NCBI GenBank assembly: GCA_943787795.1
Contig: CALSNU010000001.1
Span: 32,001-96,000, forward strand
Length of the DNA stretch: 64,000 nucleotides
From: an uncultured bacterium
GTDB taxonomy: Bacteria > Planctomycetota > UBA1135 > GCA-002686595
Direction: 5' to 3'
Under the pieces are notes generated by a model. The model did not search any database, had not been told where the DNA came from, and was given only the letters and a program-made list of their open reading frames with translations. Every line of letters starts with the position of its first letter. Positions within the stretch are counted from its first letter, which is position 1. Both the position numbers and the translations under genes were made by a program. Below are positions 58,090-64,000 of this stretch, in pieces.

Positions 58090-59134
58090 CCTTTCCTCGG
58101 CGAGAGGGTGTCAGCGAGATCCGTTCATGGGTCCTCTTGCCGGGCTCAGGGTGGTGGATCCGCGGCTAGCCCTTAGCTCCACCTCGCGATCTGCGCCTGT
58201 CCAAGGCTTCGCGACCCAGCTTGTGCAAGCGCCGAGAAACTGGCGCCCTGAACGGGCCGGTGTGGCGGACGATTCGGGCGGTAGGGAGCACATCGCAAGG
58301 GACCATTCCCTCGTGATCCGTCAAACGACCCCGTCGGTCGGCTTCTCAAGGTAGCCGGACTCCTGCCCCAGTTCCTCGATCTAAGGGCCATCCATCATGC
58401 CCTCGACCATGGCGCGTGCCTCTTCGACGCGGCCCTCGTGGTCCCAGGCCGTGGGGGACGAGTCGCGGCCGTCGGTGGCATGATAGTGGCCAATCTCTCT
58501 CAGGCCTGCGCTGGCGCGACAATCCGTGTCTTGGTCGTAGAGTCGCTTCCAGGTGTCGGAGCCGGCGACTCTAGACTTCAGGGGTGGCGAAGGTCCGTGT
58601 TATCGCGGCCATGGGTCGTGGGGAGCCATGCCGGGAGCTCGACCCGCAACGAGTTCGAAGGTCGAGCTCACGTGACCTAACTAGCGACCCGATCTTGGCG
58701 GAGAGGGCCGGCGGCGGTCTGTGCATTCACCGGCCCATCCCGTCGTTCTTCAAGGTGGCGACGTCCGGCTCTTGGGCCCTCCGTGGGCTGGCGTTACGGG
58801 AGGGGGGAGCCTTCGTTCGTCGAGTGCAGACCGGCGCCCTGAGGGCGCGCAGAGTCGCCCTTGCTTGGAAGCCAACGGCGACGAAGTCGCCCCTCCGGGC
58901 AAGTTCCGGAGCCGAGCGAGCGGCCTTTGGAGCATCCGCTCTTGGTGGGACGCAGGGAGGGGCAGGGGCCGCCCTGCGGCGTCTCGAACCAGGAACGTGG
59001 CGCGGCCTTGACCGGATCGGGACGGCGTCCCAGCGCGGGCAAAGTTGTCGTTGAGTGCGGGCAGGGATATCTTACGGACGTCTCTAGATGGGGCCTTCGT
59101 CCGGCGAAGCCGCCGCCGCTTGAGCGCTCAAGAG

Positions 59135-60094
59135 ATGGAAGCACTGATCGATCTACTGCTAGAGAAAGCAGCGGGCCTCCTCGGTCATGAGGTCGGCGAT
59201 CTGAAGCAGATGGCCTATGCCAGCAACCTCGGTTGGCTCTGGGACTTCGCTCGGGACTATCTGTTCAACTACAAGATCTGGATCCTGGGGCTCCTCCCGG
59301 CTCTCCTCATGGAGCTCTACCGGCCCGTCTTTCGCAAGAGACTGGTCACACCGAACCTGGTCCTGGACGTGGCGTACCCGCTGCTGACCCTTCCGATCAG
59401 CCTCCTGGTGACCTCGGCGATCGTGGTGGGCATCCAGAGGTTCTACGAGGTCTACATCCCCTTCGCGAACCTCGGGCTGCTCGACGATGCGCCCCTCTGG
59501 GTGCAGGCGATCGGGGTCTTCCTCGTCACGGACCTGATGTTCTATTGGTCCCATCGGCTGTCGCACGAGATCCCGTGGCTCTGGTACTTCCACACGATTC
59601 ACCACTCGCAGACCGAGATGAATCCGATGACGACCAAGCGCGGGCACCCGGGCGAGGCCATCGCGAAGACCGTGATCCGAACCCTGCCGATCGGCGTGGT
59701 GGGTGGGGAGCCCTCCACCTGGATCGCCTTCTTCCTGCTGAACAACTTCTGGGGCTACTTCATCCACGCCAACGTCCGCTCGAACCTGGGCGCTCTGAGC
59801 CGCGTGATCGTGACGCCGCAGTATCACCGCGTTCACCACTCGATCGAGACCCGGCACTTCGACCTCAACTATGGGGAGCGACTGACGCTCTGGGACTGGG
59901 CCTTCGGCACGCTCTACACCGGGTACGACGAGTACCCGGCGACAGGCGTGCGGGGGACCGAGTGGATCGTCGAGAGGACGTTCTCGCCAGTCGGTCTCGT
60001 GGCCTCTTGGTCGAAGCAGATGGTCTATCCCTTCTACAAGATTGGCGAGTCGTTCAAGACGGTCTATCGCAAGGTCGTCAGACGGGCCACCTGA
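59135..60094 (+). CDS. Sterol desaturase / fatty acid hydroxylase superfamily protein
   Basis: YWSHRLSH, HTIHHS, FIHAN, TPQYHRVHH, NYG...WDWAFGT. Confidence 0.9.
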   Translation: MEALIDLLLEKAAGLLGHEVGDLKQMAYASNLGWLWDFARDYLFNYKIWILGLLPALLMELYRPVFRKRLVTPNLVLDVAYPLLTLPISLLVTSAIVVGIQRFYEVYIPFANLGLLDDAPLWVQAIGVFLVTDLMFYWSHRLSHEIPWLWYFHTIHHSQTEMNPMTTKRGHPGEAIAKTVIRTLPIGVVGGEPSTWIAFFLLNNFWGYFIHANVRSNLGALSRVIVTPQYHRVHHSIETRHFDLNYGERLTLWDWAFGTLYTGYDEYPATGVRGTEWIVERTFSPVGLVASWSKQMVYPFYKIGESFKTVYRKVVRRAT

Positions 60095-60417
60095 CGCCGA
60101 ATTGAGGGGGTACGGCTGGTCCGAAGACTGGCTCGACATGGCTCCAACGGTTGGGTAGGGCGACGGGCTCTCCTGGGTCCGCGCGTTGCTCAGGGGCCTG
60201 GGAAGCGACACTTCGCGTACTGAGGCGGGTCGTATCTCGAAGGTGGCTCTGACGTCGCTGTGCCGAGGGCCTCGACGAGTCGCTCCACCGTGATCCGTTC
60301 CTCGGGTGTACCTCCTCGGCCTGCGGCTTCAAGGAAGGAGAGGCTGTGAGGACCGGCGTCCGGTCGAGCTTGTATTCTCCACCGGGGGCGACGACCGAGG
60401 CCCCGGGAACTGATCTG

Positions 60418-61365
60418 ATGTCGACCTACAGCTTTGTCCTGTTGACGTTCAACCATGAGCGGTTCGTTGAGCGGGCGGTGAAGAGCGCGTTGGAACAAGA
60501 GGGCCCCAAAATTGAGGTCCTGATCTCCGATGATTGTTCAACGGATTCGACGGTGCAGCGCATCGAGAGTGTGTTGGCATCGACTCCGACACGCCACTCC
60601 GTCCAGTTCCTCAAGAGCTCGAAGAACCGGGGGATCTCGGGACACTGGGCAGACTTGGCGGGCCAATTCACCGGCGAGCGCTTGGTGTATGCCGACGGAG
60701 ATGACGAATCGAGGTCAGACCGCGTCCTGCGGCTCGATGAGTTGTGGAATGGGGCCGCTCGCGGTGCGCAGTTGATCCACTCCGATGCCACGGCGATGGA
60801 CGAGGATGGGCGGACGTCAGGGCCGGTTCACTCGAACTTTGAGGCAGACCCAGTGCGAGCCGTGCGCCTTGGGCAGTTCCCCTTGGGCGCCACGTGTGCG
60901 TTTGAAGGAGATGTACTGCGGAGCTTTCCTCGGATGTCGCAGAGGTTCTCGTTGAACGACATCGTCTGGGGGGTCCGCGCATCGCTCCTCGGTGGCTGCT
61001 TCCACACGAAGGATCAACTGGTCCGATATCGCGAGTGTCCAAGTCCGTGGAAGGTGTGGGGGGCTGCGGAGGGGAAGGCGAAGGATCGGCACAAGAACGG
61101 AGTGCTGAAGATCGACACCTATCGCCAATGTCTGCTCGACCTCGAGGCTGCGATCAAGAAGGGCGAGAACCTCGACTTGGCGACCAAACTTCGCGCGAGC
61201 GTGTCGGCCAAGCTCGTGGAGAATGAGGCCTTTGTGGAGGCCATTGACGGGGAATGGATGCGCCTGTTGAAGCTTGCATCGAGGTTGCGGTACGTCGGCA
61301 GCGCAGCGCGCGGCCTCCGCCGCGGGTTGCGCGCAAGGAGGTCAGTGCGCCGCGATGACCCATGA
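60418..61365 (+). CDS. Glycosyltransferase family 2
   Basis: LLTFNHE, SDDCSTD, NRG, ADGDD, LVRYR. Confidence 0.85.
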   Translation: MSTYSFVLLTFNHERFVERAVKSALEQEGPKIEVLISDDCSTDSTVQRIESVLASTPTRHSVQFLKSSKNRGISGHWADLAGQFTGERLVYADGDDESRSDRVLRLDELWNGAARGAQLIHSDATAMDEDGRTSGPVHSNFEADPVRAVRLGQFPLGATCAFEGDVLRSFPRMSQRFSLNDIVWGVRASLLGGCFHTKDQLVRYRECPSPWKVWGAAEGKAKDRHKNGVLKIDTYRQCLLDLEAAIKKGENLDLATKLRASVSAKLVENEAFVEAIDGEWMRLLKLASRLRYVGSAARGLRRGLRARRSVRRDDP

Positions 61366-61835
61366 CCTTGCTATCGACGACGGGGTGGGCCCACAGCGCG
61401 TGGCCATGCGCGAGCTAGCGTCGTAGTCGCCGTGGCTTCGGGCAGGTAACTCGGGCCAGCTGAGCGCGTCGTCGGTTTTGAGGGATGGCAGGCGACTCTC
61501 TCGAGTCCGCTAGGTGGCGCCCCGGGCGCTGAGGCGGCGGGGCTCGTGCACGGCCAGGGCGGGGCGCCTGCAGCCGGAGGTGACGGGTTTGTTACGTGCA
61601 GGCCACGCCGCATGATCGGGTGAGTGACCACCGTGGCATGATCCGGACCGTGTCTCGAGTCGCCCGTGCTCGCGGTTAACTCCGCCTTGGCGCCCATAGG
61701 CGCGACGGTGGAGACCTCCCCGGTGGCATTGTCACGGAGGTGCCCATCGTGGCTGATCGGGAAGCCGCGTGTCATCGCGAACCGGTCCTGACCACGGCGG
61801 ACGGCTACCGAGCGTTACCGGGAAGTTCCTGCGCC

Positions 61836-62577
61836 TCAGTAGGTGAGCTCGGGCTTCACAAAGAAGGCGGTGCAGACCGTCTGGGTCACGACGTTCTTGG
61901 CCACCGCGACATAGCCGTGCTCCGCCAGGAATCGGGCAGAGGGGTTGGAGGGCCACGTCGTCTAGCGTCGTGCTCTCAATCTCGATCGCGACGACGGAGG
62001 GGCAGAATCGGTCCCAGTCATTCGAACTCAACACCTGAAGGTCGAGGCCCTCCACGTCGATGGTCATGAAGTCGATCTGCTCGAAACGGTCCTCGTGTTC
62101 GCCCAGGATCTGGTCCAAGCGCTTGACCGTGACCGGAATTTCTCTCTGGACGCGATCGAGCGCTCCGAGCCTCTCGAGGCTCTCCCGCGAGAAAGAGTTC
62201 ATCGGACTGTCGTCACCAATGAACTGAAAGTTGAGCGTGCCCTCTTCGTCACTCACTCCGAGCTCAAGACTGATGTCTTCGGGTCGATGCTTCCTGAACG
62301 GCTGAGCGCTCCCTGGCCTGGGATCAATGTTGATTCCCCTCCATCCTCGCTTGTAGAAGAAGAAGGTGTTCGAGTGACGGAACGGGTCGAAGGCGCCGAC
62401 GTCGACGTAGAAACCGGGCTTGCCGGACTTGAGCTTCTTCTTCAGCAGAGACCTGAGGACGTAGTCTTCTCCACACTGGGAGAAGTAGTAGTTCTCGAAG
62501 TCGAATCCGAGAATCGCTCGCCGCACGTGTGCCTTGAGATTAGAGGGCAGGATCTTCCGGATTAACTTTCTTGTCAT
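61836..62577 (-). CDS. FkbM family methyltransferase; apparent +1 frameshift at G3 61950-61952
   Basis: FSQCGED, FYVDVGAFDP, SNT, GWRGINIDP, IDFMTIDVEG. Removing one base gives ...FLAEHGYVAVAKN...ELTY* ending at 61836 (741 nt). Confidence 0.85.
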
Positions 62578-63088
62578 GTCGTGCCTGTGCTCCGGGCGAT
62601 GGGGCGGGGACGGTGCAAGCAGCAGGCTGCGCAGGGAGAAGGCACCTTGAGAATGACAGCTGTCCGCTCCCTGAGTGATCCCCCGGTCGAGCCAACCTTA
62701 CACCGTGGAGCATGGCGGAGGGTAACGGACGGATGCGGCGGGCGCGGGAGGTCCGCGAGGTGTTGGAGCGGGCTCGGAGTCCGTCTCGAGGTTCGGCGAA
62801 GCGACGCGGCTCCGCAGGTCTCAGCTGGATTCGGACGCGTGTTTGAGGTCTCGATCCTGGGGCGCTGTTCGGCGGGGACGGGCAATGTGGGGCCTGTATG
62901 TGACCGCGAAAGAGGCCAGAGGTGCCACCCCTACGGCATGCTCACGAACGGATGGGGCTTGGCGTAGAGCCGCAGCCAAGTGGTGAGGAATGGAGGCTCA
63001 CTCCGGTCTTCTTCGAAGCCTGAGCTCGCCCCGTCCGAGCGTGGGAGGCAGCGTGAGGCCGATCCACACCTCTTGCGCCCTCGCTAGG

Positions 63089-63892
63089 TCACATCCAGAT
63101 CGCGACGAGCGCCATCACGCCCGCGCCCAAGAATGCGCAGGCGTACCTCCCGTGGCGGTCCGAATCGGCGGGGAAGAACTCCTCCCGGACGATGTCGAGG
63201 GCCGCGATGTAGAGGAACGTGCCCGCCGCGATCGCCTTGAACCAGGCCGTCACCGCGTGCATGCGCCCTGCGTTGAACTCGAGGTCTGCGAAGAGCCCCA
63301 GCAGGACGCCGGTGCTGGTCGTGCACGCGAAGAAGAGCAGCGCCGGGAGGGCACGACGAACGGAGACGCCCGCTCGCTGGAATGTGGTGCCGAGCGCGAA
63401 GCCCGCCGAGCCCTTGTGGGCGAGGATTGCGATGAGCAGCACCAGGAACGAAGCCTGCGCCTCATCCGTCCCCAGAGCGACGCCCGCGATCAGGGAGTGA
63501 ATGGAGAGCGTCGCCAGGAGCAGGTAGGGCGTCGCAGACGAGGCCGACGCGGCCCCGACGAAGGCGTCCGATTCGAGGTCCCCGGTCGAGGGTCCGTCGG
63601 CCGCAGCGCCGGTCGCGACGACCCGTTCGATGGCGAGCACCAGCAGGAAGGCTGCGGTGGCGATGGCGTAGGCGACCGGATAGTCGAGGTCGGGGTGGAT
63701 CTCGGTGAAGTCGCCCACCGCGTCACCGAGCAGATGGACAAGGCCCGCGGCCAGCAGGACGCCGCCTGCGAAGGCGTTGCCCCTCGACATCGCACCGGGC
63801 GAGACCCGGGTCCGCATGACCAAGGGCAGCAGCGCGCCTCCGGCGCCCACGAGGAAGATCACGATGATCGCGATGATCTGAATAGTGGTCAT
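63089..63892 (-). CDS. ZIP family metal transporter
   Basis: FAGGVLLAAGLVHLL, LSIHSLIAGVALG, AILAHK, AGTFLYIA; about eight TMs. Confidence 0.88.
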   Translation of the reverse strand: MTTIQIIAIIVIFLVGAGGALLPLVMRTRVSPGAMSRGNAFAGGVLLAAGLVHLLGDAVGDFTEIHPDLDYPVAYAIATAAFLLVLAIERVVATGAAADGPSTGDLESDAFVGAASASSATPYLLLATLSIHSLIAGVALGTDEAQASFLVLLIAILAHKGSAGFALGTTFQRAGVSVRRALPALLFFACTTSTGVLLGLFADLEFNAGRMHAVTAWFKAIAAGTFLYIAALDIVREEFFPADSDRHGRYACAFLGAGVMALVAIWM

Positions 63893-64000
63893 GGGGGCTC
63901 AGGTGATCGGCTCGGGGTGGATACCGGTTCCTGTCGAACCGGCGTCCTGGGCCCGCACGCTATCCACGTAGTCCACTCCAGGGCAACGGCGGGCGCGCTT

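Noticed and set aside
58321..58599. Possible minus-strand gene remnant (...TWKRLYDQDT...HEGRVEEARAMVEGMMDGP*IEELGQESGY...)
   Set aside because: Coding-like codons, but bounded by stops, with no credible start and no family I can name; needs tBLASTx.

Overview
High-GC bacterial window, most likely Planctomycetota. Support: a DUF1549/DUF1553 + DUF1501 gene pair, a planctomycete-type PQQ-like propeller, a DUF1080 protein and a Tat-exported Gfo/Idh/MocA enzyme. About 47 protein genes are readable; I found no rRNA, tRNA, CRISPR array, transposase or integrase. The standout feature is an eight-gene minus-strand operon (11942-22705) in which every junction overlaps. In order it encodes a fatty acid desaturase, a CDP-archaeol-synthase (CarS)-like protein, a rifampin-phosphotransferase-like PEP-utilising enzyme, a short UbiA-like membrane protein, a SAM methyltransferase, a PlsC-type acyltransferase, a fatty acyl-AMP ligase and an ACP-thioester reductase-kinase fusion. 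I read it as a candidate undescribed pathway for a fatty-alcohol-derived (possibly ether) phospholipid. Other notable items: a solo HEPN-like gene, an orphan senB, a dirigent/AOC-barrel lipoprotein, two hydrolase fusions, a subtilase with Glu at the catalytic Asp position, about eight unrelated 14-16 bp degenerate tandem arrays, and a sparse surface-glycan-type region at about 55.6-62.6 kb. Five +1 frameshifts in or beside G/C runs break four genes and look like long-read errors. All functional calls come from motif recognition by eye; no database searches were run.
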